From: Alphaproteobacteria bacterium MarineAlpha3_Bin7
GTDB lineage: Bacteria; Pseudomonadota; Alphaproteobacteria; Rhodospirillales; UBA2165
DNA: 44,683 nucleotides
Assembly: GCA_002937995.1 (NCBI GenBank)
Contig: PTLG01000002.1
Span: forward strand, 1 to 44,683
Direction of reading: 5' to 3'
In this document: one piece after another, positions 1 to 11,338 of the stretch
How the letters are laid out: every line of letters begins with the position of its first letter
Numbering within the stretch: position 1 is the first letter of the stretch
Program-made: the position numbers and the translations under genes
Notes under the pieces: model-generated
What the model saw: the letters and a program-made list of their open reading frames with translations, nothing else
Told to the model about the DNA's origin: nothing
The model's database searches: none

Positions 1-569
1 ACCATAGTGACCCACTCGGGCGGAAGGCCCGCTTCCAGCAAAATATCGATAAAAGTCTTGCACATCAAAGGGGTAGGTGGCGCAGGTTTTACGACTACTG
101 GGCAGCCAACAGCAACAGCAGGAGCCACTTGATGGACAATCAAATTAAATGGATGATTAAATGCACTAACTGCAACTACCACTCCAATGGGCTCATATTG
201 TGTAAATGCAACTCGACCCTGAGAAGAAGCGTTAACACCCATTGGTATTACATTACCACCTTGGGTTCTCAATTCTTCTACGCAAGTCTCAACACCGTCA
301 GCGCCTCTGTCAATTTCTACCAAAGAGTCCTGTAGTGGTTTCCCCCCCTCTTTTGCGGAGGCCAGAGCTAACTCCTCTCTTCTCTCTCTTATAAGCTCAG
401 CGGCATTTCGCAGTATTTCAATTCGTTTTGCCTTAGTTAGCCATTTACTTCGGTCTTGAAATAAAGCATGTGCGCCGGCAAGGGCAGATTCTATGCCTGT
501 TTCGTTTGTTGTTTCCAACTCACCAAGCACCTCCCCATCAAATGGAGCATTGACAGTTAACTTTCCCAT
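1..569 (-). CDS. Aldehyde dehydrogenase family protein, N-terminal ~189 aa only; the rest lies beyond the left edge
   Basis: Absent from the ORF track because it runs off the window. The reverse-complement translation starts at ATG (complement of 567-569), preceded by GGAGGAAATTGTTT. It reads MGKLTVNAPFDGEVLGELETTNETGIESALAGAHALFQDRSKWLTKAKRIEILRNAAELI...GVVVAVSAFNHPFNLIVHQVAPAVAVGCPVVVKPAPPTPL with no stops to position 1. This is a typical ALDH-superfamily N-terminal/cofactor-binding region. Confidence 0.8.
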   Translation of the reverse strand, partial: MGKLTVNAPFDGEVLGELETTNETGIESALAGAHALFQDRSKWLTKAKRIEILRNAAELIRERREELALASAKEGGKPLQDSLVEIDRGADGVETCVEELRTQGGNVIPMGVNASSQGRVAFTQYEPIGVVVAVSAFNHPFNLIVHQVAPAVAVGCPVVVKPAPPTPLMCKTFIDILLEAGLPPEWVTM

Positions 570-771
570 AAACAATTTCCTCCGCCAACTTTATCGGAAT
601 TGTAGGTTATGATTAGGGGTGCCTGCAATGCTAAAATACAGTAAACCAATATTTACTTTGCTTCGCTATTAAACCATGTTACCTAGTAAACGTGGTTCTT
701 GGAGTTAGTAAAATTATAATCGTTCAGAAATCCTAGTACTAACAAGAGATATGGATGAGTAATTAACAAAG

Positions 772-1206
772 ATGGGTAAGAAAACAAATCTAGTTGGGGA
801 AATAATACAGGACCCCAAAGTTAAGCCTCTTTCCCCGCACCTCCAGGTATATAGGCCGCAAATTACCTCAGTTTTGTCTATTACCCATAGGATGACAGGT
901 GTCGTCCTCTCAGTCGGGTCCTTAGGTTTGGCCAGTTGGATAATAGCAGGGGCTTTTGGTGAACAAGTGTTTTCTGTTGCTCAGTTAATAATTTCTTATT
1001 GGATCAGCCAACTTTTATTGTTTGCCTGGACATTATGTCTGTTTTATCACCTGCTCAACGGAATAAGGCATTTATTTTGGGATGCTGGAAAGGGATTGGA
1101 AATATCTCAGGTAACTTGGAGCGGTTGGTTTGTTGTAAGTTCGGCGTGTGTTTTAAATATAATATTTTGGTTAATTGCCTATGGTTTTTTTGCAAAGTTG
1201 GTCTAG
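772..1206 (+). CDS. sdhC: Succinate dehydrogenase cytochrome b556 subunit
   Basis: 144 aa with three hydrophobic helices. Carries the SdhC signature LSPHLQVYRPQITSVLSITHRMTGV and is the first gene of an sdhCDAB cluster. Confidence 0.9.
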   Translation: MGKKTNLVGEIIQDPKVKPLSPHLQVYRPQITSVLSITHRMTGVVLSVGSLGLASWIIAGAFGEQVFSVAQLIISYWISQLLLFAWTLCLFYHLLNGIRHLFWDAGKGLEISQVTWSGWFVVSSACVLNIIFWLIAYGFFAKLV

Positions 1207-1278
1207 ATAAGTTGCGGTTGACATACAGTTATATAAATACAACTTAACACATAGATATAGCTTTATTGGGAGTAGAAG

Positions 1279-1617
1279 ATGGCGAGAGAAGGTGTCTCTC
1301 ATTGGTGGTATCAGCGGTTAACCGCAGTTGCATTAGCACCACTTACCTTATGGTTTGTTTGGTCAACAATCCAATTGATGGGAGTTGATTTAGCTGGCTT
1401 TAGGGCTTGGCTAAGCGGGCCCGTAAATTTAGTGCTTTCGACATTATTTGTTTGCACACTGTTTTATCATATGAAATTAGGAATTCAGGTAATCATTGAG
1501 GACTATGTTCACGATCATGTCTTGAATTCTTTGGGATTAATTGCGACCAATATAGTTTCGGTGGTTTTCTGTGTTTTGACCGTAGTTTCAATTTTTGTAA
1601 TTGTTTTTGGAAGTTGA
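1279..1617 (+). CDS. sdhD: Succinate dehydrogenase hydrophobic membrane anchor subunit
   Basis: 112-aa membrane protein with [19 protein letters not shown], lying between sdhC and sdhA. Confidence 0.9.
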   Translation: MAREGVSHWWYQRLTAVALAPLTLWFVWSTIQLMGVDLAGFRAWLSGPVNLVLSTLFVCTLFYHMKLGIQVIIEDYVHDHVLNSLGLIATNIVSVVFCVLTVVSIFVIVFGS

Positions 1618-1624
1618 GTCGGAA

Positions 1625-3415
1625 ATGGCTAAGACTTACGATATAATAGAACATATTCATGACGTGGTGGTAGTAGGTGCAGGTGGAGCAGGTTTGAGAG
1701 CTACACTGGGTATGACAGCTGAGGGTTTGTCTACAGCTTGTGTGACAAAAGTATTTCCTACTCGTAGCCATACGGTAGCCGCTCAGGGTGGCGTAGGAGC
1801 CGCGCTTGGTAACATGCAAGAGGATAGTTGGCAGTGGCATATGTATGATACGGTTAAGGGGGCTGATTGGTTAGGAGATCAGGATGCAATAGAATATATG
1901 TGCCGAGAGGCACCTGCAGCGGTATATGAACTAGAAAATTTTGGAGTACCTTTTTCTAGGACTGATGAAGGGAAAATATATCAAAGACCATTCGGCGGGC
2001 ATATGAAGAATTTTGGTGAAGCGCCAGTTGAGCGAGCCTGTGCCGCTGCCGACCGGACAGGTCATGCAATACTTCATACACTCTACCAACAGTGCTTAAA
2101 ATATAACGCAGAATTTTTTGTCGAGTACTTTGCTATTGATTTAATTATGGACGAAGAGGGCAATTGCAGAGGTGTATTGGCGTGGAATCTTGCAGATGGA
2201 ACAATGCACAGGTTTTTGGGTAAGCTTACAGTATTAGCGTCAGGTGGTTATGGTCGTAGTTATTTTTCAGCAACTTCAGCGCACACCTGTACTGGTGATG
2301 GTCATGGGATGGTTGCTAGAGCAGGGCTACCCTTGCAGGATATGGAGTTTGTGCAATTTCACCCCACTGGAATTTACGGATCTGGCTGCCTTATTACTGA
2401 GGGTTCTAGAGGCGAAGGTGGATATCTAACCAATTCCGAAGGTGAGGCCTTTATGGAAAGATATGCCCCCACAGCTAAAGACCTTGCCTCTAGAGATGTA
2501 GTTAGTAGAGCTATGACAGTTGAAATTCGAGAGGGGAGAGGTGTGGGAGATGATAATGACCATATTCTTTTACACTTGGAGCATCTAGGGGAGGATGTTT
2601 TACACAAAAGGCTTCCAGGAATTACTGAAACAGCAAGAATTTTTGCTGGGGTTGATGCAAGTCAGGAGCCGATCCCAGTTTTACCTACCGTTCACTACAA
2701 CATGGGGGGAATACCGACAAACTACCATGGGGAAGTTTTGCGACCCACGTTAAACGATCCAGATGCAATTTGTCCCGGTCTGATGTCTATAGGGGAGGCG
2801 GCCTGTGTATCGGTGCATGGGGCCAATAGACTTGGAACGAATTCTTTGATTGATCTTGTTGTTTTTGGAAGAGCTGCGGCTCTAAGAGCCAAAGACATTT
2901 TGAAAAATTATGATTTAAATAAGCCAATTGACAATAATTCACTAGAATCTGGTTTGGAGCGGTTTGATAGCTTAAGGTATTCTGATGGTAAGCAAAGTAC
3001 TGCAGACGTTCGTCTTAACATGCAACGAATTATGCAAAATAACGCGGCGGTTTTTAGAACTTCTGAGATATTGACGGAGGGTTGTGAATTGATTGATAAG
3101 GCGGGGGCTGCGATGAAGGATTTAAAAACAAAAGATAGATCTTTAATTTGGAACTCTGACCTTGTTGAAACACTTGAGTTGGAAAATCTTATGGCCTGTT
3201 CTAAGACCACGCTGTACTCTGCCGAGGCTAGAAAAGAGTCTCGGGGTGCTCAGGCTCATGAGGATTATCCAGACAGAGATGATGAAAATTGGATGAAACA
3301 TACGTTGGCCTGGTTGAGGGAGGACGGGAGCGTCAACTTGGATTACAGACCAGTTCATACGTACACACTAACCGACGATGTTGAATATATTGAGCCGAAG
3401 GCTCGGGTTTATTAA
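1625..3415 (+). CDS. sdhA: Succinate dehydrogenase flavoprotein subunit
   Basis: FAD-binding motif [13 protein letters not shown], the covalent-FAD His region [10 protein letters not shown], and a highly conserved SdhA body. The track ORF begins at 1601 and overlaps the sdhD stop; I chose the ATG at 1625 ([10 protein letters not shown]...). Confidence 0.97.
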   Translation: MAKTYDIIEHIHDVVVVGAGGAGLRATLGMTAEGLSTACVTKVFPTRSHTVAAQGGVGAALGNMQEDSWQWHMYDTVKGADWLGDQDAIEYMCREAPAAVYELENFGVPFSRTDEGKIYQRPFGGHMKNFGEAPVERACAAADRTGHAILHTLYQQCLKYNAEFFVEYFAIDLIMDEEGNCRGVLAWNLADGTMHRFLGKLTVLASGGYGRSYFSATSAHTCTGDGHGMVARAGLPLQDMEFVQFHPTGIYGSGCLITEGSRGEGGYLTNSEGEAFMERYAPTAKDLASRDVVSRAMTVEIREGRGVGDDNDHILLHLEHLGEDVLHKRLPGITETARIFAGVDASQEPIPVLPTVHYNMGGIPTNYHGEVLRPTLNDPDAICPGLMSIGEAACVSVHGANRLGTNSLIDLVVFGRAAALRAKDILKNYDLNKPIDNNSLESGLERFDSLRYSDGKQSTADVRLNMQRIMQNNAAVFRTSEILTEGCELIDKAGAAMKDLKTKDRSLIWNSDLVETLELENLMACSKTTLYSAEARKESRGAQAHEDYPDRDDENWMKHTLAWLREDGSVNLDYRPVHTYTLTDDVEYIEPKARVY

Positions 3416-3440
3416 TTAAGTTTTAGATTGAGGTAACCTT

Positions 3441-4217
3441 ATGGTTGAATTTACACTACCAAAAAATTCAAGAGTCATGAAAGGAGCTGTGTTTACATCT
3501 CCCACTAGTGCTAAAAATATTCGTAAGTTTAAGATTTATAGGTACGATGCCGATACTGGAAAGAATCCTCGTTTGGATACCTATGAGGTAGATATGGATA
3601 CTTGCGGCCCAATGGTACTGGACGCTCTCATCAAGATTAAAAATGAAATAGACTCTAGCCTGACCTTTAGGCGATCTTGTAGAGAGGGTGTCTGTGGGTC
3701 TTGCGCTATGAATATTGATGGCACTAATACATTAGCGTGTATTAAGGATTTAAAGGAGGTCAACGGCGATGTAAAAATATACCCATTGCCACACATGCCC
3801 GTACTAAAGGATTTGGTGCCTGATTTAACGGAGGCCTACGAGCAATATACCTCCATCAAACCTTGGCTTAAATCAGATACACCGGTGTCAGGGAAGGAAA
3901 GGCTGCAAACTCCTGAGGAAAGGCAAGAATTAGACGGATTGTGGGAGTGTGTTTTGTGTTTTAGTTGCTCAACAAGTTGCCCGAGTTATTGGTGGAATGG
4001 TGACAAATATCTTGGGCCGGCTGCTTTACTTCAGGCATACAGATGGCTTGCAGACTCAAGAGATGATAGTACAAAAGATAGGCTTGAAGAATTAGAAGAC
4101 CCATTCAAAATGTATCGTTGTCATACAATCATGAATTGTACAAAAACATGTCCGAAGAATCTAAATCCTGCAAAGGCCATAGCAAAAACAAAAAAAATGA
4201 TGTTGGAACATGGTTAA
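3441..4217 (+). CDS. sdhB: Succinate dehydrogenase iron-sulfur subunit
   Basis: Three Fe-S cysteine clusters: [27 protein letters not shown] and [12 protein letters not shown]. Confidence 0.97.
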   Translation: MVEFTLPKNSRVMKGAVFTSPTSAKNIRKFKIYRYDADTGKNPRLDTYEVDMDTCGPMVLDALIKIKNEIDSSLTFRRSCREGVCGSCAMNIDGTNTLACIKDLKEVNGDVKIYPLPHMPVLKDLVPDLTEAYEQYTSIKPWLKSDTPVSGKERLQTPEERQELDGLWECVLCFSCSTSCPSYWWNGDKYLGPAALLQAYRWLADSRDDSTKDRLEELEDPFKMYRCHTIMNCTKTCPKNLNPAKAIAKTKKMMLEHG

Positions 4218-4292
4218 CTAATGCCGCATTAGTAGATTGCTATATAGTAGACAAATAATTTTTGACGGTTTTTAAATAGAGCATCATTAATC

Positions 4293-5414
4293 ATGTCTGC
4301 TGGACCTATTTTATCATATAACGAGAAAGTCCGTTCAGGACGTATGGAGGCAGACGCTGCTCAAAAGGTATTAGCGGGTAAGCTACAGAGAGTTTACGAT
4401 GGGTTAGTTAGTAATGATAAAAAGAAAGTGTCAAAAATTAAGTTGTTTGTGGGTTTGAAGGCAGAAAATAAGCTATCAACCAGAGGCATATATATTTATG
4501 GCGGCGTTGGTACAGGCAAATCTACCATGATGGATTTGTTTTATGATCAAGTAAAAATTGAAGCGAAGAGACGTGTTCATTTCCATGAGTTTCTCCAAGA
4601 TATACATCGTCGTTTTAATGATATTAGAAAATCAGAAAATAACCCTAAAGGGGATCCCATACCCAAGGTGATAGATCAGATAGCAAGTGAAGTTAGCCTG
4701 CTATGTTTTGATGAACTGCAAGTATATAATATTGTCGATGCAATGATTCTAGGCCGGTTATTTGAGGGGCTATTTTCAAAGGGTGTGATAATCATAGCGA
4801 CCTCTAACCGTCCACCAGAGGATCTTTACAAGGACGGTTTACAACGCCAAAAATTTTTACCATTTATTGATTTGATCAATGATTTTCTCGAGGTTTTTTG
4901 TTTAAAAGGCAAAAGGGATTATAGGCTTGAAAGGATGCTAGAAAAAGGTGTTTACCTGTGCCCTGCAGACCAAAATGCCAAGTTGAGTATGGATAATTAT
5001 TTTTTTGAATTTACCGGTGGTCGAAATCCAGAAACAGAGATAATTGAGGTTCTGGGGAGATCAATTCGAATTGACGCATCTGTAGGTGTCGCCAGAAAGA
5101 GTTTCAAAGAACTGTGTCAAGAGGCTCTGGGCGCCGCAGATTATTTAGCTATTGCTTCTCGTTATCACACGCTACTTCTTGAAGATGTCCGATGTATGAG
5201 TGAGAGCAATGAAAGTGAGGCTCGAAGATTTGTTAATCTTATTGATGCATTATATGAGGCAAAAGTAAAATTGATTTGTTCCGCTGATTCAGAGCCAGAG
5301 GGTTTATATCTAAGGGGACAGGGTATATTTGAGTTTGATAGACTGGTTTCAAGATTAATGGAAATGCAATCCACCGAATATTTGTCTCTACCTCATATCT
5401 CAGAAAGCAAATAA
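4293..5414 (+). CDS. zapE: AFG1/ZapE-family ATPase (cell division protein ZapE)
   Basis: Walker A motif GGVGTGKSTMMDLFY and Walker B LLCFDELQV. Its position between sdhB and mdh is the usual one in alphaproteobacteria. Confidence 0.85.
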   Translation: MSAGPILSYNEKVRSGRMEADAAQKVLAGKLQRVYDGLVSNDKKKVSKIKLFVGLKAENKLSTRGIYIYGGVGTGKSTMMDLFYDQVKIEAKRRVHFHEFLQDIHRRFNDIRKSENNPKGDPIPKVIDQIASEVSLLCFDELQVYNIVDAMILGRLFEGLFSKGVIIIATSNRPPEDLYKDGLQRQKFLPFIDLINDFLEVFCLKGKRDYRLERMLEKGVYLCPADQNAKLSMDNYFFEFTGGRNPETEIIEVLGRSIRIDASVGVARKSFKELCQEALGAADYLAIASRYHTLLLEDVRCMSESNESEARRFVNLIDALYEAKVKLICSADSEPEGLYLRGQGIFEFDRLVSRLMEMQSTEYLSLPHISESK

Positions 5415-5530
5415 TTTATAATCATTTCTGAAAAACATTTTCCGAATCCTCAGTTCCTGTCTTGTAGATACAAATAATTTGAGTTACCAACTAAGAGCCA
5501 AATAAATTAGTTTTTGTTTATTAGCTATAA

Positions 5531-6520
<990 letters not shown>

Positions 6521-6579
6521 ATAAAAGAATTATTGGTATTTTTGCTTTTTTCAGGGGAATTGGCTGAAAGAGGTACCTT

Positions 6580-7779
6580 ATGAACATTCATGAATATCAG
6601 GCAAAACAGCTTCTATCAAAATACGGTGTAGGGGTTCTTGATGGAGGTGTCGCCAGCAATAGTGCAGAGGCGGTGACTGTAGCACAACGACTTGGTGGAC
6701 CAATATGGGTGGTAAAGTCGCAAATCCATGCTGGTGGGAGAGGTAAGGGAAAATTTCTGGAGAGTACAGCGGGGAATAGTGGAGGAGTTCGGGTAGTTAA
6801 GTCTGTAGATGCTGTTAGGGATAATTGTGATCAGATGATTGGAGCTCATCTTGTTACAAATCAGACTGGAGATGAGGGAAAGGAAGTAAAGAAGGTATAT
6901 ATTGAGGATGGATGTGAAATACAGAAGGAACTCTATTTGAGTCTTTTAGTGGATCGGGCAACTTCAAAAGTTACCGTGATAGCGTCAACAGAAGGCGGAA
7001 TGGATATAGAACTTGTCGCAGAACAGAGTCCTGAAAAGATCCTTAAACTAGAAATTTCTGAGGAAAAAGGTCTCGTAAAGACAGAGGTAATAGACTTGGC
7101 TAAACAACTTGGCCTTGGGGAAAAGGCAATTGAAGAGACAGTGAGTTTTTTAAATTCAGCATATAGATTATTTGTTGAGATGGACTTGAGTCAGCTTGAA
7201 GTAAACCCCATGGTGCTCAGCACAGGTGGTAATTTAATAGCTTTGGATGCAAAAATTAATTTTGATGACAACGCATTATTTAGACATCCTGAGGTGGAAG
7301 ATTTACGTGATGAAAGTGAGCAAGAAGCGGCTGAACTTGAAGCTGAAAAATTTGATTTAAATTATGTAAAATTAGATGGCAGTATTGGATGTATGGTAAA
7401 TGGTGCGGGCTTAGCGATGGCAACCATGGACATCATCAAACTTTATGGTGGTGAGCCCGCTAATTTTTTGGATGTTGGCGGTGGTGCTACTAAGGAAAAG
7501 GTTTCCAAAGCGTTTCAAATAATTCTCTCTGATGAAAATGTTGAAGGTATTCTAGTAAATATATTTGGCGGTATTATGAGGTGCGATATTATTGCAGAAG
7601 GTATTATAGCTGCTGCAAAAGAGGTCTCATTAAATGTCCCGTTGGTTGTTAGGTTGGAGGGAACTAATGTTGATATGGGTAAAAATATTTTAGAGCAATC
7701 TGGGTTACCAATTATTTCTGCGGAAGACCTAGACGATGCAGCCAATAAAATTGTCTTAGCAACAACTGAGGTATCCTAA
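6580..7779 (+). CDS. sucC: Succinyl-CoA synthetase (ADP-forming) beta subunit
   Basis: [18 protein letters not shown]-terminus, ATP-grasp body, and [15 protein letters not shown]. Confidence 0.97.
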   Translation: MNIHEYQAKQLLSKYGVGVLDGGVASNSAEAVTVAQRLGGPIWVVKSQIHAGGRGKGKFLESTAGNSGGVRVVKSVDAVRDNCDQMIGAHLVTNQTGDEGKEVKKVYIEDGCEIQKELYLSLLVDRATSKVTVIASTEGGMDIELVAEQSPEKILKLEISEEKGLVKTEVIDLAKQLGLGEKAIEETVSFLNSAYRLFVEMDLSQLEVNPMVLSTGGNLIALDAKINFDDNALFRHPEVEDLRDESEQEAAELEAEKFDLNYVKLDGSIGCMVNGAGLAMATMDIIKLYGGEPANFLDVGGGATKEKVSKAFQIILSDENVEGILVNIFGGIMRCDIIAEGIIAAAKEVSLNVPLVVRLEGTNVDMGKNILEQSGLPIISAEDLDDAANKIVLATTEVS

Positions 7780-7780
7780 A

Positions 7781-8653
7781 ATGGCTGTTCTCGTTGATAA
7801 GAGTACAAAGGTAATTTGCCAGGGTCTGACTGGTTCTCAAGGTACATTTCATTCTGAACAAGCAATTACGTATGGCACTAGAATGGTGGGAGGGGTCACG
7901 CCTGGTAAGGGGGGGACTAAACATCTTGGATTACCCGTTTTTGATACGGTAGCGGAGGCAAAAGAAAAATCAGGCGCAGATGTTTCTGTAATTTATGTTC
8001 CGCCTTTTGCAGCAGCAGAGGCAATTCTGGAGGCGATAGATGCGGAAATTGAGTTAGTCGTTTGCATTACTGAAGGCATACCAGTAATGGATATGGTTCG
8101 TGTAAAAGACAAACTTCAAAAATCTAGAACGCGCCTAATTGGTCCCAACTGTCCTGGAATAATAACTCCAGGAGAATGTAAAATAGGAATAATGCCTGGT
8201 CATATACATAAGCGCGGAAAAATTGGGATAGTATCAAGGTCGGGAACCTTAACTTATGAGGCCGTTCATCAGACGACTAAAGTTGGATTGGGGCAGTCAA
8301 CTTGCATAGGTATCGGGGGAGATCCAGTTAATGGAACCAACTTTATTGATTGTTTGGAGTTGTTTTTATCTGACACTGAAACTGAGGGCATAATTATGAT
8401 CGGTGAGATTGGTGGATCTGCAGAGGAAGATGCATCCCAATTTATTCGAGGTAATAGTATGAAGAAACCGATGGCAGGTTTTATAGCAGGAATTACTGCT
8501 CCACCTGGAAGAAGAATGGGGCATGCTGGAGCGATTATTGATGGGGGTAAAGGTGCGGCAGGAGATAAAATAGAGGCAATGAAGTCTGCAGGAATAGTCG
8601 TATCTGAATCACCTGCTAAGTTGGGTGAAACTATGCTAAGTATAATAGCCTAA
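7781..8653 (+). CDS. sucD: Succinyl-CoA synthetase alpha subunit
   Basis: [17 protein letters not shown] and the phosphohistidine loop MGHAGAII. The start lies 1 nt after the sucC stop. Confidence 0.97.
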   Translation: MAVLVDKSTKVICQGLTGSQGTFHSEQAITYGTRMVGGVTPGKGGTKHLGLPVFDTVAEAKEKSGADVSVIYVPPFAAAEAILEAIDAEIELVVCITEGIPVMDMVRVKDKLQKSRTRLIGPNCPGIITPGECKIGIMPGHIHKRGKIGIVSRSGTLTYEAVHQTTKVGLGQSTCIGIGGDPVNGTNFIDCLELFLSDTETEGIIMIGEIGGSAEEDASQFIRGNSMKKPMAGFIAGITAPPGRRMGHAGAIIDGGKGAAGDKIEAMKSAGIVVSESPAKLGETMLSIIA

Positions 8654-8691
8654 GCATTTGACGCATTTAGAATAAAAACAAACTCAAATAT

Positions 8692-9795
8692 TTATGGGGC
8701 TATTTTGGCTCTGGGATGCGAGTTTTGATAAACGTTTACCAAGTGATCAGTGTTAATTTTTGTATAACGTTGGGTTGTTGACAACGAAGCATGTCCAAGC
8801 AATTCCTGAATAGACCTAAGGTCACCTCCACCTTCCAATAGATGTGTGGCAAAACTGTGACGCAAAGAGTGAGGGGTGATATTTCCGTTTAAATTCATAT
8901 TTTCTCGAACTTTTTTTACCAATCTTTGGACTTCTCGGGGATTGAGTCTTTTTCCTCTGGTTCCAACAAAAAGTGGGTCACCTTCCTGAAGGTTAAAGGG
9001 ACATAGTTCTAAATATTGGCTTATCTTTTCCACACAGATACTTAAAAGAGGTAATAACCGTTCTTTTCCACCTTTGCCTTTAATAATTAAGGGTTTTGTT
9101 TCTATAATATCCTCTTTATTTAGATTCAGAGCTTCACTTACCCTGAGCCCGCAACCGTATATAAGCGTTACAATAGCTAAGTCCCTTTTAGCTCTCCAGG
9201 GAACTTTATTTAATTGGGCTGACTGGGTTAATAACTCCAAAGCATCATTTTGACTTAATGCTTTAGGAATTAGTTTGGGTGTTTTAGGTCTCCGAATTTG
9301 ATATATTGATTCATTTGAGAAGAAACCCAATTTTTCAGTAAATTTAAAGAAGTTCTTAAGGGAAGATAAATGTCTGGCAATTGTAGTAGGGGTTCTCCTA
9401 TTGTTATGTTCATAGGGCCTTTCCGTACTTAAATAGGCCAAATATTCTCTAAAATCCTTTTTTTCTAAAGAAGCTAAACAATCAGTGTCTGGCATAAACC
9501 TCTCTATTATCGCTACGCTTATTTCTCCCGCCACTATGTTAATTATAATAGCTCTTATTCTTCCCATCACATTTTTATTAAACTTATGTTCTGCTCTTAG
9601 GTAGTCTCGAGCTGTCAAATAGAGAAAAAAGTGCTTAATGTCTCTTGTATAAGCGATTATTGTATTTTCTGCGAAACTGCGCTCGATTAATAGCCACTGT
9701 TCCCATTCCCTGAATATATCAACTACTCGAGAGTGCGCATGAAGTTCTCTTTTAATTAGATAATTTTCTATTTCTTCATAAGGTTTAGAAGACAA
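8692..9795 (-). CDS. xerC: Tyrosine site-specific recombinase XerC (long variant, 367 aa)
   Basis: Catalytic signature GLRVSEAL (Arg), HSLRHSFATHLL (H-x-x-R), LGHASLSTTQRYT (His and Tyr nucleophile). It lies directly downstream of a DUF484 gene, the standard xerC context. The apparent start is TTG and overlaps the DUF484 3' end. Confidence 0.85.
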   Translation of the reverse strand: MSSKPYEEIENYLIKRELHAHSRVVDIFREWEQWLLIERSFAENTIIAYTRDIKHFFLYLTARDYLRAEHKFNKNVMGRIRAIIINIVAGEISVAIIERFMPDTDCLASLEKKDFREYLAYLSTERPYEHNNRRTPTTIARHLSSLKNFFKFTEKLGFFSNESIYQIRRPKTPKLIPKALSQNDALELLTQSAQLNKVPWRAKRDLAIVTLIYGCGLRVSEALNLNKEDIIETKPLIIKGKGGKERLLPLLSICVEKISQYLELCPFNLQEGDPLFVGTRGKRLNPREVQRLVKKVRENMNLNGNITPHSLRHSFATHLLEGGGDLRSIQELLGHASLSTTQRYTKINTDHLVNVYQNSHPRAKIAP

Positions 9796-10457
9796 TGCTC
9801 TAACACTCTCGCTAAAAACATAAGTAAATCCGTACCTTGGCCCCCGTGAAAAGAGCCTTTCGTTCGTGAGCCTAGTGCTAAAAGACCTGCGGGGAGGGCG
9901 TTTTGTGGGCCAATTCGAGCTAGTGCAGCAGACCTTACTATCCCAGCCGCCTCGCCAAAGACTGAGCCATCGTCACTGGTGTGTTCGAGTAATTTGGCAA
10001 ATTCGTTGTCACTTCCTAATACCTTTTTTACTGTATTAGGAGCAAACCATCTTAAACCAGGATTATCTATTTCGCCAAAATCCTCTCCGCCAGTTTCAAA
10101 ACATAGTGATACAGCATCTACGTCCAGTAACATTGGCATATCCATAGAAATTACATGAATAAGATTTTCTAAGGTACTGGCCTCTAACATAGCAATTACA
10201 CTTGCATGAGTTCTAGTTTGGATGAGCATATTTTCTCTCGTTGTGTTTATTAGTAGATTTGCTGCATCCTTGAGATCATCTTGCTCACCCCTCAATTTGT
10301 CTAACATGTAGCTTTGTAAGTCTACGACTTTGTCTCCAGACCAGCGCATCGGAGGTGTCAAAAAGTCAAGTAAGCTTTCGTGTTGAGTCAAAAAATCTGG
10401 ATGTTCTTTTAAATAAGCCTCAACCTGTTTTTCCGATATTTTATCAGTATTATCCAA
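9768..10457 (-). CDS. DUF484 family protein (YigA-like, GAF-like fold)
   Basis: 229 aa with N-terminal EKQVEAYLKEHPDFL. Its conserved position immediately upstream of xerC matches the DUF484-xerC pairing seen across proteobacteria. Confidence 0.75.
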   Translation of the reverse strand: MDNTDKISEKQVEAYLKEHPDFLTQHESLLDFLTPPMRWSGDKVVDLQSYMLDKLRGEQDDLKDAANLLINTTRENMLIQTRTHASVIAMLEASTLENLIHVISMDMPMLLDVDAVSLCFETGGEDFGEIDNPGLRWFAPNTVKKVLGSDNEFAKLLEHTSDDGSVFGEAAGIVRSAALARIGPQNALPAGLLALGSRTKGSFHGGQGTDLLMFLARVLEHCLLNLMKK

Positions 10458-10495
10458 TTTCTGTATTTCCAGCTATATATTCTAATTTGATTGAA

Positions 10496-11152
10496 TCACA
10501 AAATAGACTGGCCAGTGCTAGCCCAGTCATCTAGGAAAGCTTGTAGTCCATTTTCGGTAAGAGGGTGCTTAAATAACTGTCTAAATGTACCTGGCGGAAT
10601 AGTAACAACATCTGCCCCCATTTTTGCTGATTCGATAATATGGATTGGGCTTCTTGCTGACGCCACTAATACTTCTGTAGTGAATTGATCATAATTTGAG
10701 TAGATGGTACAAATTTCTGATATTAAATTGAGCCCATCATGACCAATATCGTCTAATCTCCCGACAAAAGGTGAGACGAATGTGGCTCCAGCCTTTGCCA
10801 CCAATATTGCCTGTGCTGCGCTAAAACATAAAGTTATATTTGTCATTATCTTTTCTTTAGATAATGTTTTACAAGCAATTAAGCCATCCCTCGTCAGGGG
10901 TAACTTAACAGCAATATTTGGAGATATTTTTGCTAATTTTTGGCCTTCTTGAATCATTTCCTTGGAGCTGGTTGCTATTACTTCAGCGCTAATCGGACCA
11001 TTTACAATATTTGTTATCTCACTAATTACATCTATAAAATTTTGTCCCGTCTTAGCAATTAGAGAGGGATTGGTGGTGATTCCATCTATCATACCTGTTT
11101 TATTAATTTCGGTAATTTCATTTATATCTGCACTATCTAGGAAGAACTTCAT
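10496..11152 (-). CDS. tal: Fructose-6-phosphate aldolase / transaldolase (short, type 3B family)
   Basis: [13 protein letters not shown]...GITTNPSL and the Schiff-base lysine region IAVKLP; 218 aa. The track ORF starts at a TTG 18 nt upstream; I chose the ATG at 11152, preceded by AGGAA. Confidence 0.9.
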   Translation of the reverse strand: MKFFLDSADINEITEINKTGMIDGITTNPSLIAKTGQNFIDVISEITNIVNGPISAEVIATSSKEMIQEGQKLAKISPNIAVKLPLTRDGLIACKTLSKEKIMTNITLCFSAAQAILVAKAGATFVSPFVGRLDDIGHDGLNLISEICTIYSNYDQFTTEVLVASARSPIHIIESAKMGADVVTIPPGTFRQLFKHPLTENGLQAFLDDWASTGQSIL

Positions 11153-11338
11153 ATTTAATTCCTGCTTCAATTTCCAAATTAATTTTGTTTCAGGCCGAAA
11201 AAAGAGCCAGCTCTATATCGGACCAACTTTTAGTCTTATTAGATGTATTCATCCTAACAAATAAAACTATAATGTTAACATATCGTTTTTCTTTTTTTAT
11301 TTAGAGCGTTGAAGTTTTTGATTTGGCGGCAGAATGTA

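Noticed and set aside
129-335. 68-aa plus-strand ORF from the track
   Set aside because: It lies entirely antisense to the aldehyde dehydrogenase fragment, which has a clear family signature. The sequence is Cys/Asn-rich and looks like noise.
999-1247. 82-aa plus-strand ORF overlapping the 3' half of sdhC in another frame
   Set aside because: sdhC has a convincing family signature in its own frame, and the overlapping ORF has no recognisable features or SD sequence.
4218-4232. Hairpin CTAATG-CCG-CATTAG right after the sdhB stop, considered as a terminator
   Set aside because: The stem is only 6 bp and AT-rich, with no following T-tract. It is too weak to call a Rho-independent terminator. 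I saw no convincing intrinsic terminator after sucD, atpC, murA or tag either.
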